From Sphagnum compactum (lineage: Eukaryota): DNA of 64,000 bases. Positions 40,675-54,162 of this stretch are shown here, piece after piece (the stretch's first letter is position 1; every line of letters begins with the position of its first letter). The notes under the pieces were generated by a model. It ran no database searches. It was not told the origin of the DNA and saw only the letters and a program-made list of their open reading frames with translations. A program made the position numbers and the translations under genes. The DNA lies in contig OZ234494.1 of NCBI GenBank assembly GCA_965153455.1, positions 9,982,001 through 10,046,000 of the forward strand, read 5' to 3'.

Positions 40675-43217
40675 TCATCTATTCTTAAATCGCTTAATTT
40701 AGTGCAACATAACATGGAGCTCTATGATCATTAGTTTCAAAGTTAGAAGGTTCAAATCGATAGATCAACGTAAATGTCACACAAATATATTTGCAATACA
40801 TTTTACAAGCCTTACGGACAAAAACCTCTTTATGGAGAATTGAATTCTTTTTTTTCTTGCACAAAAATTTGTTGTTCATGCAAAGGAACAACATTGCAAA
40901 TAAAGGTTAACACTCCAATCCCAAAACTTGTTATCACTCAATGAGGGACAAGACCCTACAAGATGCCTACATGTATGCTAGCCTATTGCCAATCACATTA
41001 CCTTTTACAATCAAGTTTAGCAAATGCAATGCCCTTTTTGGAAGGACCCTTGTTAGTGTCATGTAGGCAATTTCATGATTCATACGCAATACATTTCCCA
41101 AACATTTAATGCATAGAGTTATAATACATGTAGCCATGTCTATATGCTCACATTCAAGCTCCCACATTATTAAAAGCAACTCCAACTATGCATTATATAT
41201 GAGGCGGTATCAATGTTGCCACATCCAACTTTCTCGTTAACATTTGCCCTTCCCCAATTATGAATAACAAACATTGGAAAATATACACTAAGTGATATAT
41301 GTGTTACATGTGAGCAAATCATTGTGACCAACTAATCAATAACAATCAATTTGTGTGACCAATCACTAACACTAGCTAACCAAATCAATCATTTTCTTTT
41401 TGTTATTCTTTTGAAACCTCCATTAAATAGGACTTCATCAACTAACAACCCACAAGTAAATAGTCTACATCAACCCCTTGGGCAATCCAAATTTATCATA
41501 CCAGCACAACCGACTATCAAATTGCTTTTCAAGGAGTCACCCAAATGGGCATGTATGGCACCCAAGCATTCACGGATGAAAGTCAATATGTCCTACATGT
41601 CCAACCAAGTCTTAAGGGTCAAGTTCACTCAAATTCTCTCACACTAGGGTTGTAATGACATGAGCTTGCTAACATGAAAAGACAAACATAAGGGAAATGC
41701 CAAAAGCATGGGCAAGGAGCCATGAGCATTGAAAACCATGATAATCAAAACCCATATTGATACTCAAAAGCAATCATGCAAAGGTTGTATAAATATATGG
41801 GAAAGGATGAAGGTTGGTTGATTTGTGTGTATGGATGATGGATGAGAATGGGAAGATGTTATATTTGTTCCATACACCAAGTAAGGACCAATGTCTTTTT
41901 GTCTGGTTAACTGGGCCAAAATTTCACCCTCCTCTGGGAAGAAGGTGCAACCACCATAAGAGGAGTTTTTTGACTCCAATTCACCAGACACTCCTCCTGG
42001 ATGAGGTTTTAGGGCCACAGTGAACCAGCACTCACCAGCACACAGTGAAGGATGGATGAGAAGTGGTAGGAAACAGTTTGTGATATAGCTGAAGTGCCGA
42101 TCATCCATAAGATGATTTAGCCAGATTTGGCTACATAGTAGATATGGGAGTGGAAAAAAATGAGAATCCTCCTATATTCTTGGCTACCTTCTGAACTTAT
42201 CATTAAAATCTGGCAATTTGGAAAAAAAAAATCTTTGAAATCTGGCTAATTTGGGCCATTTTTTTTATGAAAAATCCTTTGTATATAGGTCGAAACTATA
42301 TATTTCAAGTCAAAATAGCTTCATTATTTAGTATAATGCTGAATTTTAATTTATTATTATTTTACTGCCACCACACAACTTTCAATTTTTAATTTTATTT
42401 ATTACACATCTTGCTGTGGAATCAGTCTAGGTACTAGGGTAATTCAAAGATGAATAAGTACCCCCACGAAAATAAGTGGGATGAATTCCAGGAAATCATT
42501 CGTTGAGCTACGACATGCAAGGGCCTTCACTGACAGAGCACAACATTGATGGAAAGATGAAAGTCGGACTCATGTTCATTTTCGTCTCATCAGTTTCATC
42601 TAATCTTCATTTTCATCTCATCATTTTCATCTTGTCTTCATCTTCAGTCCGTTTTCATCTTCATCTTCGTTGCATGTTCCAATGGACCCCGACGTGTTCA
42701 CTGTGTCTTGCATTAGACTTTTTTGTCCACGGCAAAGTCCGTTTCCGGTTGCGGCGGGTCCACTGCGGAGGAGGGACGAAGCGGATGTTCCACCACCGTC
42801 TCTGATGGGGCAGGCACGTTGCGGTCTACAAAAAGAAAGAGCTTAGGAACGTGCATCTTCAGCGACGCTGCATCTCGCGAAGACAATGCGGTCTTCAAAA
42901 AGAAAGAGGTGAGGAACGTGCATCGTGACGGACGCTGTTTCTCGTATCTGTTTCGGCCAAACGCCCGCCCTTTTCGCTCACGTCGATTTCAGTTTCCATC
43001 CTCCGTGTATATCTTCAATATTCGCTTCACGATTTCAGTTTCCATCCTCTGCTTGTCGAATCCTCTTTTTCTCTCTGCCTTCAGGATTTTTGTTTTTCTT
43101 TATAAAAAAAATTCTCGAAGGTTTTTCGTTGAGCGTAGGTAGCGGTTTCGTCATCGCGGCGGAGGAGGAGCGGTAGAAGAAGGCGACAGTCTTTTTTGTT
43201 TATCTTCGATCGTCACC

Positions 43218-44509
43218 ATGGCTACTGAGGTTAGTCATTGTCGAGGTTTCTTTTTCCTACTTTTCTACTCCCTCCTCCGTCCCCTAACATCCTCACGCGT
43301 TGCGGTTCCACCGTTTTTATTTGCCTCGTAAAGACAAGCAACTTAATTCTTTCCGGTTTCTCCCGACTTTTGTTGTCGGAAGCTATCATTGTCTGAAAGA
43401 TATGCATGCTTGTTCCACATCCCTGTACAAATCTGTGGATTTTTTTGTAGTCTTCTAAGTCATAGGAGATGATTTACAGCAGATTTGGTCTCTAGAGGAG
43501 CTTGAAATTATCTCTTCAAATCCGTAGGACTTGCGAGCGATGCATTTGTTTGCTCAGTTCCTGAAAAAATGTCTTATTTCATCTTGTCGTCTTGTCACTT
43601 GTTTCTCGAGGTTAAGAGAATTGTGCACGTTGTTTGTGGGAAAGTCAGTCAGGGTGCCTTGTATCTCTGCGGTGTAAGATTTTCATTGATTCTCCCATAG
43701 ACTTTTCGGAATGTAGATGCACTGTGCTTTCTCTCGCAACTAGGTGAAGCTGTCATAGTCAAGGGCATGACTGGTCTTTTAGCGATAGGGTTGCTGCTTT
43801 GCTGCACACTTTAGATTGGAACTGTTTAGTAGATGGACGGCAGACTGAAGAAAAAGGTTTTGGTAGGCTATTCCAACAAATTGCTGTAATCCAAATCTTT
43901 ACATGAACAGTTGCATTCCAAATCTTTAATGAACACTTCATGCTCTGCTGTGCTGACAAACCTTGACTTCCTTCTTATGAGTTTATGGACATTGCAAACT
44001 GCAAAGAGATGCTGAACTAAATTAGATCTATCTGGTTTATCTGGATGTGATTGTGGTTATTTGATTTGGTCATGGAACTCTAACCTGTATCATGTGTGCA
44101 CAGACTGTTGTCCTAAAGGTGGCCATGACCTGTGAAGGCTGTGTGGGTGCGGTGAAAAGGGCCATTGCCAAGTTGAATGGTAGTTGTCTTTTGAACTTTT
44201 ATGCTTGGATATGTTCAGTCATTCTAAGTTGGATGAGTTTAGGTTGAAGCAGCACTGGAGTACACTCCTTTAGAGACTGGTTGTGACAAGAGTATGTTTA
44301 ATTATACCATTTTTATTGTTAAAACTTGTGAGACTAATTTTTCTGTTAAAATGACAGGTGTGGATTCTTATAACATAGATCTGAAGGAGCAGAAAGTCAG
44401 CGTCACTGGAAATGTCAAGCCCGATGAGGTCTTGGACCGCATCTCAAGGACAGGGAAGACAACAACTTTCTGGCCTAAAGATGACAAGGGTGAAGCTGTG
44501 GCTGCTTAA
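43218..44509 (+). CDS. ATX1: ATX1/CCH-type copper chaperone (HMA domain), 79 aa
   Basis: Exons 43218-43229, 44104-44179, 44358-44509 give [68 protein letters not shown]..., with the MxCxxC motif. It lacks the long CCH tail. Confidence 0.92.
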
Positions 44510-46042
44510 TCAGGCCTAGAAGGCATCTTGATTGGACTGTTGTCTATGTAAGCCCCATGTGGAGAGCAGCAGAAACTGGACTGAGCAACAGTTGAGTGGA
44601 TGTTAGTGTCATTCATCAGATTTGGCAATACATGTTCAAGTGGAGGAGCAGACTGGTTATGCACTGGTACTACTCACCCACCTCTAGGGATGCTTAACAG
44701 GTGAATGTACTTATTATGAGTTAGCCTGTTGAAAATACATACATTACCCTGGAAGAAAACTGTAATGTCAGAGACAATCAAAGACAGTAAAATTTCAAAT
44801 TCCACTCTGTGCATTTAAAGAGTTTGCTGCTGTTCAACTAGCCGTCACTTCTCATTCAAGTGACAAACTGCAAGATGTGCATATTATGCAGCCCAGTTGC
44901 AAGCTTCACTATACTATAATTTTCCACCTATGGGTTTGAGACTTTTCATGCACATCCTGATCCTTTTTTATCCATTTCCTAGGAATCCATTGATATCTGG
45001 CTTTTCTAGGAGCTTGCTAGGAGTTATTCTTTGGGTACTGGTTCTCGTTTCGTATGTATTTATTTGACCTCACAGAGGTCTCATTATTTGAGTTAAATCC
45101 ACACCGAGGGCATTTGAGAAAGTTACCTTCCACACAGAGAAGTACCCTTAAATTTGCAATTTGTGGGGGATTGGAAGTGCCACTGCAAACTAGTGTCATC
45201 ATCACCAACAATTAGCACCTTTCTGAGTCCTTTCTTCCACACACCAAACACAACAAAAACATTCTTTAAAATTGGAAATACTTTGAAACTCATGAACTAG
45301 AAAACTGGACTCTTCAGCATACATTCTTGAATTGTACATGACATGCTCATGAGCTTTTCTCAGTTTACATATTATTATTATCCCCAAAGCAGAAACAATC
45401 ACTTGCCCTATGCAATTTTACCATGTATTGTATCCACATATTTTCATAGGACTGAGTTCTTCCTCCTTTCTTCAATTTGTTTTCTTCTTTGATTTTCTTT
45501 CTATGAATCATACTCAGAATGTGGTTTTCCCAGTGCCTTGGAGACAGTTTGGGCATCAATCCCCAGAAAATTCAGGAATGTAGGTAGAAGTCATGTGCTG
45601 CTTTATGTATATCATGTGTGTGAAACTGCTGTTGTTTGGGGCCTGAGAGAATTGATCCCAGTTATTAAAAGTGGTTTAGGGTTCAGGACATTCAAAGAAA
45701 ACATGAGAAATCAATTTGTCCTCCGCATCTATTGCAACTACAAGCCTCTTACAGCATGACATGGCCACCTTTAGCAAATGGACTTGTTGCACATTGCCAT
45801 TAGCATTATGTGGTCTGCAATCATCTAGTATACTTTTCTCTAATGGCCTTGAAGAATGAATTTTGCACTCACATGAGTGCCCTGTACAGTGAGCAGTATC
45901 GGTTGGAACAAATAGAGTTTTGAACGTTCAACTGGATACCATGAAGAAGCCAGCAGCCCATGAACTGTTAAAAGTTCAGATATCTAAGAGGGTGGGAGGA
46001 AGGGGTTATCTCTAGTTATGAGGTTGACCCAATTTGTGTTCT

Positions 46043-49000
46043 TTAGCCTCCAGATATAGGATCCAAAATTTTTGCACCAGGGTTTGGTACCTTTTTGAAT
46101 GGAGTTTCTTTCGCACCACACAACAGTTGAGGAATATAGACTTTATCCATCTCAATCCGGTGTCGTGGATCATACATATTCTCATCTCTTAGTGCCTGCA
46201 GGATGGCACCAGGTGGAGAATTCCTTCACCACCAATCAACCACACAGGACAGTTGTTAGTGAAGCATCCTGCTGACACATACCCAAAATTTTCATTTCAA
46301 GCAATGTGCTGCTTTGGTTATCAAAATAAAGAGGCTGGTGGTGTGGAAAGTCTGACTCTTCAAAAGATAAGGACTGGAGAAGTAAATAGTAGCTTGTATA
46401 ACTTTCAGGCTTTGTACCACATGATGGGTAAGTTCGCAATAGATGATAGCTCGGATCAAGGGAATTTACCTTTGTATTAGGATCTTATACAGTGCCCGTA
46501 ATATTGGGCAGAGCTCCACAGGTGCAACTGGCTTATTCAACTCAGGATGCATCACACTTAAGCTAGGCTGCCGCAGCAGTTCATGGAAGGCTTCCACTGC
46601 TGAAACACCCTGTACTCACCAAACTCCAGACAACCTTAATACAGACATAAAATGTTAAGATTGAACACAGCTGCTCACAACTGATCCTATTGACCACTCC
46701 CACCTACTAAGCTCAGAAACAATAACCAACAGGGTGAGGGAAACAAGTAGATTGCTCACATTGGCAGGAGGTGAAAGAAGCTCTTCTCACCTGAATCATA
46801 CCCTTGCCACTAATGCTGTCCCCCATTTCAATTTTAAGCTCCCCTTTAGCCAACTTCTCTCCATACCATGCGTTACGGCCTTTGAGAAGGGTGACATAAG
46901 TGTCAGCTAGTAGAGGACCTGCCAATCTCTCTGGCTGCTCTGCAAGCAAGTGTGTGATGTAAATCATTTCTGATGTACAGTGTGCAAAATACACAGCCTT
47001 GCTTGTGGCACTTTCGTTTGTCAAAGCCCCTACCATCCCTGCATGTGTTTAGAGTTCCAAGGGGTCAGCAAGTGCTTTATTACCAGCACAATCACTAGAA
47101 AAATTAAAACATTCACCTCATTCAACACATAAATGACACAACAAGACAGGGAAAAACTTAGCACTCATCCACAGCACTGGCTAAAATTTTGGCATTGAAA
47201 ACACAGTTTCAAGCTTGCTGTTACTGGAGAACCTGATTCTAACTAACTGCTACTATTCTAATAAAGGTTGAACCTTGTAGGCAGCCTACCATGTGAAGTT
47301 TAGTTCTCACCATGCTCAGACCTGAATTTTGGTTGACAATTCTATTTGCATGCCAAACCCAAAAACTCCATTTCTTTGAATTGGAGAAAGGCATGGCTGA
47401 AAAGGTTCATTTGTGGGTGAAAGCAATTTAAAATTGTTTACAATTTCAAATGTTGAGGCACCACAATGTGCAAACCTTGGTCCTGTCATAACCAGAATAA
47501 GAAAGAGGTATACCTGCACCAATTGCATACACATTCTTGAGGCCTCCCATCACCTCATGGGTAGTGAGGTCACTGTTGTCCCAAACTACAAAATGTGGCT
47601 GTCGCAAAAAGTGAGCCAGTGCCTTTCTCCACTTCTCTGAACCACAGATGCGAGCATTGGCATACTCCCTGTTGTACACTTCTGCAGCAATGTTGGGACC
47701 CCCTAAATAGAGCACATTCTCAGCTGCAACTCCAGCTGTCAGCAGCCACAATCACAAAAACCTAAGTTAGTCCTTGACCATGATATAAGGAGCACAGGAT
47801 GCATTTTGTGATCACAAATTGTCAATGGAACATTGACAAGGCCCTACATGCACCATCTACTATGGTGCCTTCCTTAACTCAGCCTGTCACCTGCTTCCCA
47901 CAGAACAGTACTCTCTGTTTAAGTGCAGACCATTTGTGCACCTGCAAATGAACATGAGGAGTGCACAGTCAAGCCCTCTTCACATTGCTAATAAGGACTT
48001 GCAAACTTGAGGACTATCTGAATACTCTCTGTTGAAGTGCAGATTACTTGTGTTCACCTGCTAATAAACATGAGCATTGCAAACTCTTGCATTAGCAAAT
48101 ATGCAGTGCTAATGAATTGCACTGCACACTTGAGCTCCCTTCAAATCTTGTTGTGGAGAGCAAGGAACAAATGTGCATGATAGTCACATTCAAGCATTCC
48201 ACGGTTATCACGATCTATTGGGTAAGGAGATCCTAAATGAGAACCCCAACAACTATGCTATCAATAATGACGTTGTGAAAGGGAGAGAGCTTCCTGGGAA
48301 GAGAAACAATCACAGAGGTCCTTCCTACAGGAATTCAGGTGGTCTTGCATATGGGAAGTTCTCTGAAATACAGAATTGCATTTGGGCAGCATATACAGAA
48401 AACATAACCTAGGTAGCCAGATACACATTGACATCCCTTGGCTAATGCCTGTTCAACAAGAAGCTATTGTAATGGTTTCTTGAGCACAACAAGGATTTTG
48501 ACAACCCCCTTAATAGAGAATACAAGGGAACTTACTTGTATCAACAATCATTTGTGTGGGGGTGATGATGTGGGGAACAGGCTGAAGAACAGCCTCCACA
48601 CCCTTGGCTAGTGAGATGATGACAGGCATGGTGCGGCGCTCTCTCCAGTATCGTCCAATCTGCTGGAAAACAGGACGTATTTCTGTGGAAGGGAGAGCAT
48701 TGACAACAATGTCTGCATCCCACACTGCCTCCTGCAGGTTTGTTACCACCTTGAGAGGACAGAGAGGAGTATCAATCATATTCAAACAGAATCCATCTCT
48801 TAGGATCTCATCTGCATACAGTGTTCGATCTCCTAGACGTGCCTCCACATACTTCAGATATGCACATTTGCAGATGAGGCGCCGCAACACATCTTCTCGA
48901 GCATTGATCACCTCAAAAAGATGCTCTGCTGTTGGTTTATCAACTTCCTTTCCTCCTCGTCTCCAGATCCGCATCTGCATGAAAGGGAGGATGGGAGAGG

Positions 49001-49521
49001 TCAGACAATGGTTCACATGTAGAATATACTAAGGGATCATGGATATGGTAATGAAAATGCTATCAACAATACAACCACAAGGAACAAATTGCACATCAGC
49101 ATGATCTCTCAATTCTACAAATCGCCACACAAGAGACACTCGGTGGCTGATCTTCCTGCTAATTGCCACACTTCTGCATCTCCGGAGCAATAATACTCTC
49201 TGCAAGCAATTTGCACATTTTTGTTGGATCAACAATCAGAGCATCTTAATACGGAACGATAGAAGAAGAACATCAAGAGAACTGTGAACGCTCTCGCACC
49301 TGCACAGAATCGCGCAGTGCTCCGTATGCATCCTGCAGCATGGCAATGAAGACGCTCCCCCAAGCACCGGCTCCTACACCAACGATACGTAATGCATCCC
49401 CGTCTACCTTCCCTAGCAAGCCGCGAAGCTCCGCCAACCTCTCCTCCCCAAATCCAGACGCGTGCGCCGCCTTCTTGGCTGCCTCATGGTTAAGATAACC
49501 ATTGCAACTATCCTCCGCCAT
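46043..49521 (-). CDS. GPDHC1: Cytosolic NAD-dependent glycerol-3-phosphate dehydrogenase (GPDHc1-type), about 483 aa
   Basis: Exons 49521-49300, 48974-48536, 47735-47514, 47038-46791, 46609-46470, 46223-46043 in frame (1452 nt). Motifs [49 protein letters not shown]. Confidence 0.93.
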
Positions 49522-51450
49522 CACTGCCTTCCTCTCTATGTCTCTAATTCCCTCCCTCCCTCCCTCCCTCCCTCCCTCCCTCTCTCTTTCTCTAAACCAT
49601 CCGCTTCCCCACCGATCTCTTTGTTCTCCACCGATTCAAACTGGCACTTCTCTCTCCCTCCCTCCCTCGCGAACCTCTTCCCAAAACAAAAAGAACCTCA
49701 ACTACGTACTTGCTCCAAAGAGAAGTCCTTCAGAGAAGATTTCGTCCCTTCTGTTTCATCAAACGCAAACCCTACCTCCGTGTAGAAATCGCAGCTTAAA
49801 CAAACAATGTATCCAATGCTACAGCACACACTGATGCTCGCAGGATGACAAACCAACGCACGCAAACAACAAGGTACTTACAATAGGTACTCACTCACAA
49901 TTGAATCAAGCGTCGAGCTAAGACACAAAAGCAAAAGGGAGCAGAAAAGAATGGACAAAAACAAAAGAGAAGGGACGCAAGCTCCAAGCCCAAAAAAACA
50001 ACAACAACCACACCGTCTCAGAACGTGGGAGAAGAAAGCAAGGAAAAGAAGCGTGGTGAAGGAATCAATTTCCTACATAGTTGTTACAGCAGCAGCAGCA
50101 GCAGCAAAGGACGTAAAGCCGGACAGACAACAAAGACTGCACTTTTCGACTGTAGCACCGTGAAAGAGCGAGCGAGGATTCCGGTCCCCGGATCGTCCGC
50201 CGCGGGCATCGAGAACGTCATCTGGAACGTAATAAAACAACGGAACGGACCCTGGAAACACGGCGAGTTCTCAGCACCAATTTCGACCGCTCGGCATTCT
50301 TCGTCGCGAGCGGGGGTGGGGAATACGTACTTTATTCGTGCAGATGTGTAAAGCGCAAGTGGTACTGCACAGATAAGAATCGCAGAAGGCAGCTTTGTGT
50401 CGCGTATCAGTTGCGAGCTAGCTCCGCTCACGATGATTGCCGCCCTTGCCAGGCTGACGGACGGACGATCGTCCTGCCTTGCACTTCAGACTTTTGAGGA
50501 TGCGAAAGATCCAGCAGCAGAATGTAAGTACAGATAGAAAGGACGAAGACAAACACAAAAGGAAACAAAAGGATCAATCAAGAGCTCTTGCGATGATCAT
50601 ACTCGCACTGTTTCTTTCTTTCTTTTTTTCCGCATGCCCCGCGACACCTGGCTTGTTGCTGCTGTCCCAGTTCACTGAGCTACTTTTATGAGAGTAGTAG
50701 GAGTGTTGATCGAGTGTTGAACTGCGGGTTTTGGGTTGTTGTTACTACTGTAGAACCTGCTCCATTACCACGACGTCGTGGTCGTGGGCCCAGCAGCTCA
50801 CTGCTGCTGCAGCTGCTGCTTTGACTTCTGTGGCACCTATCATGATTGAAGCTCTATTATGGATATATAGCTCAAGAGCCAAAGCTGACACAAGCTCTGC
50901 TCTATGGCAACACCAAATGCCGATGATCCGGAACACATGCAATGATTGGAAAAATGCGCTGGCTCCAGAATCGTGGTCATTGATGATTCCAGATGCAAGA
51001 GGACGTCGTTGCTCGTGAGGCCGTGACACAGACTTCAGGCCGGGAATCCGTCGCTGGAACCAGACACACTGTCAGTTCGAATGTCGCAACAGCAGGCCAT
51101 GGCAGAGGCTATATCTAATCCTTCTGAAATCGCAGAGCTGATAAATCCGCTGTTTGTTTTTGGAAGAGTAAGAGCTAAGAACGGTCTATGAGCCGCGTTA
51201 TTCTTAGGAGTTTACGCTTACGACTTAGGTCACCGCCTTTACACGTATGCAAGAGCGATCCTAGGAATAGAATACACACAATCGGCGAGCTCAAAAGTCG
51301 ACGCTCACGCTTCCGTCAACCAGGCCGCTTAATGTACCTTAATGTAACAACAATTTGCGCCGCTTGCTACCATTTGTTGTACACGAATCCGAATGCAGCG
51401 CAGATTCAACACATTTTTGTCCAATAATTAATTAAATTTGAAGATTCCAC

Positions 51451-51481
<31 letters not shown>

Positions 51482-51519
51482 GTCCAATAGATTCTGGGCT
51501 TTTTTTTTTTTTTTTTTCC

Positions 51520-52560
51520 AATTTTGTGACATAGTCACACTTGCAATCATCCACAAGAGGATTATCCAATTTTGGCTACAGGTCAGAGAGGAAAGTAAAA
51601 AAATTTAAGAATCAAATTCTATTTTGGCGACTTATTGTCTAAATAAATATGGCGATTTCAGAAGAACAATAAGTCAATAGTATACAGATACAGCACTAAA
51701 TAGTATTTAGACAATAAATATTTTGGCGACTTACCTACCTCCCACCAGTTCATGACAGACCCATTATTGTGGTACCTACTGAAAAGCTCAAGCGTGTTCC
51801 TCACCGAGTGTTACTGATCATTAATATTTCGTTAAGGATTTTTTTTATGTATTGTAAATGGCGATCATCCCCAGGAAAATTTAGCCATATCTGGCTATGA
51901 ACCAGATATGAAGCATAAATCTTCTATATTTATGGTTACACACAAAATAAAACCAAATATAGAAATCTGGGGATTTCTCCTACTTTTTTTTTACTTACCC
52001 AGATTGAAACCAGGGTTTTCTTTTTTTTCTCCATTTTTCGATGTAGCCACATTGGCAATCCTCCACATGAGGAATTAGCCAACTTTGGCTATAGGTTAAA
52101 GAGTAAAGTAATTCTTTTTAAAATCTTGGAATGTTTTGACAACCTGCTGGAAACTATTGTTTAAATATGGTAATTTCAGGAAAAAAAAAAAAGATTAAAA
52201 ATCTGGCACCTTTGACACATTTTTTCCCACAAAAAAATACTTTGCATGAGTTGCACTAGATTTTTTTGGTCACCAAGTGGAAAACATTTATCACTAAAAA
52301 GAATGCTAATTGAAAACCTCCAAAATCACTTCATTTTTGAGTTTTTTGAATTTTAAATTTCTTCTTTTGACAAAACCTTGGCAACAAAAGAAAGCTGAAT
52401 AACATCATTTTCATCCAGGTTTTTTTTTTATGAATTTCGTGATGCAGCCAAAGTGGGGATTGTCTAAAAGAAGATGCAACAAAAGTGACCATCATGCACA
52501 CAAAGATGTAGCTAACATGAGGATCATCCATAGAATATGGTTGTGAACAGTGTCTCTTTT
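51520..52560. repeat. Dispersed AT-rich repeat family fragments (TTGGCTA / GGATGAT motifs)
   Basis: Related motifs (aatttggcta, tggatgat, gatcatcc, ttagcca) recur here and at about 10.4, 28.5-28.8, 30.35 and 42.1-42.3 kb, typically in gene flanks. Confidence 0.5.
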
Positions 52561-52985
52561 GTAAACAGCCAAAAGGGTGTAGGCCTGAAAATTAGAGAAG
52601 GCCCAGGGGAGCAGCCCTTCCCCAAGGCAAAGTAGGGCACGTCTCGTTTTTTGAATGGGGGAAGTTGCTCATGTGATGAGCAAAATGTTCTGGCATATCG
52701 AGGTGCATCCAAATACAAAGGGAAATTCCTCGAAGTGCTTTAGAGAATGGGCCAGCTGGGCTGCTAGCTGGCTTAATTGTGTTTTGTGAAGTGTTGCTTG
52801 AGCTGCTAGCTGGTTTAATTGTGTTTTGTGAAGTGTTGCTTGAGCTTCTTGGCACGTTAGCGCCCGGCCCAACCTCTAGCATTAAGAGGGATGGGTCTTA
52901 ACCAGTGTTGGGTGGGTATCCCAGAGAGTGCTGGTTATCAACCGGGCATCGCTCATTGAAAACTTGCCGATATTAATTTAAGTGA

Positions 52986-54162
52986 CTAGTTTGAACCCCG
53001 TGCCTAATGCACAGGTGTGTTATTTCAACAATGTTTGGTTCATGTTTTAGTTTTTTTTGGTTCATCTTTTTTATTTTTTATTTTTATGTGTTTTCTGTTT
53101 TTATTATTATTTTGTATAATAAAAATAAAGTGTTTCTTTTTCACTTTTGTGTTTTTGTTTATTTGGATGCAAGTTTGAAGTTTGGAGAAAGAAGACACAC
53201 CTCATTCTTTTTCAAGTAGGGTTTTTCTTCATTATTATAAGTTTTATTTTTTCTTATTTTCTACTCTTTATTTGGTCTCTTCTTTTTTGTAATTTTTTTT
53301 CTTTTAAACTAATTTTACTGTATTTCCCTTTCCTTGTTTCATTTGTTTTCATTCCTTTTTTATAGTTTTTGTGTTTTTACTTTTTTTTTTGTTTATGTTT
53401 GTTTCATGTTTTAATTTTTTCTATTCTTGTTTTGTCTATCTTCATTTTTTTCTATTTTTATGCGTTTATTTATTTATTTAGTTTCTATTTTCTTTTCCCA
53501 AAAAATTCTAGTGTATCTAATATGTTTTATAATAAAAATAATTTAAAAAGACTTTTTAATTTTTGTTTGATTAGATGCAGGTTTGAAGTTTGGAAAAAGA
53601 ATACAAACTTCAATTTTTTTTTCAAGTATGGTTTTTTTTCTCTTTCTTTTGCTCTCTGTTTTGTTTCTTATTTTTTGTCATCTATTTTTTAATTTTCTTT
53701 TAAGATTATTTTATTTTATTTCCCTTTTCTGTTTCATGTTGAAGTGTTTACAAAATTTCTAATTGTTAAAGTGTTTTTCTGTTTTTTTTTTTTTCTAGTT
53801 TTTTCCCTTTTTAAAATATATATTTGTTCTGTTTGGATGGATGACGGGACGAATGACGGTATGGATGACGGATGGATGGATGGATGGAAAGCTTCATTTC
53901 ATCTTGACGTCCTTTACTATAGCAACATGGAGGATGATGATGTATCTAAATAGGGACATGGATGGAGGGCCATTCCTGGTTTATTTCCTTCCCATTCTTG
54001 ATGGGCAGAAAGCTGCAGTGTCAGACTCAATAGAGGCATGGTGTGCAGCCAGCAACCTCGGAGCTTCCAGGGTGTCGATTCGCATGGACGACCGGACGGA
54101 TGGACGACGAGACGGATTCAAGGGAAGCTTCATTTCATCCCGACATCCTTTAATATATGTAA
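52986..54162 (-). mobile_element. Non-autonomous Helitron-like element related to the one at 103-485
   Basis: The minus-strand end reads CCTGTGCATTAGGCACGGGGTTCAAACTAG|T, close to GGGTGCATTATGCACCGGGTTCACACTAG|T at 457-486. The 5' end near 54162 (TTACATATATTAAAGG followed by a TCCGTC-rich tract) is approximate. Confidence 0.68.

Noticed and set aside
1..49521. Functional cluster of carbon and signalling genes (SEC, LESV, HPt, GPDH)
   Set aside because: The genes belong to unrelated pathways, are separated by TE tracts and show no shared regulatory motif. This is an ordinary gene neighbourhood.
52762..52846. Two-copy ~42-bp tandem duplication giving a repeated peptide in ORF 52592-52882
   Set aside because: A simple local duplication in repeat-rich DNA with no splice or homology support for a gene.
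53007..53953. Phe-rich ORFs resembling membrane proteins (also 12695-12976 and 59225-59605)
   Set aside because: These are artefacts of T-rich low-complexity TE interiors.
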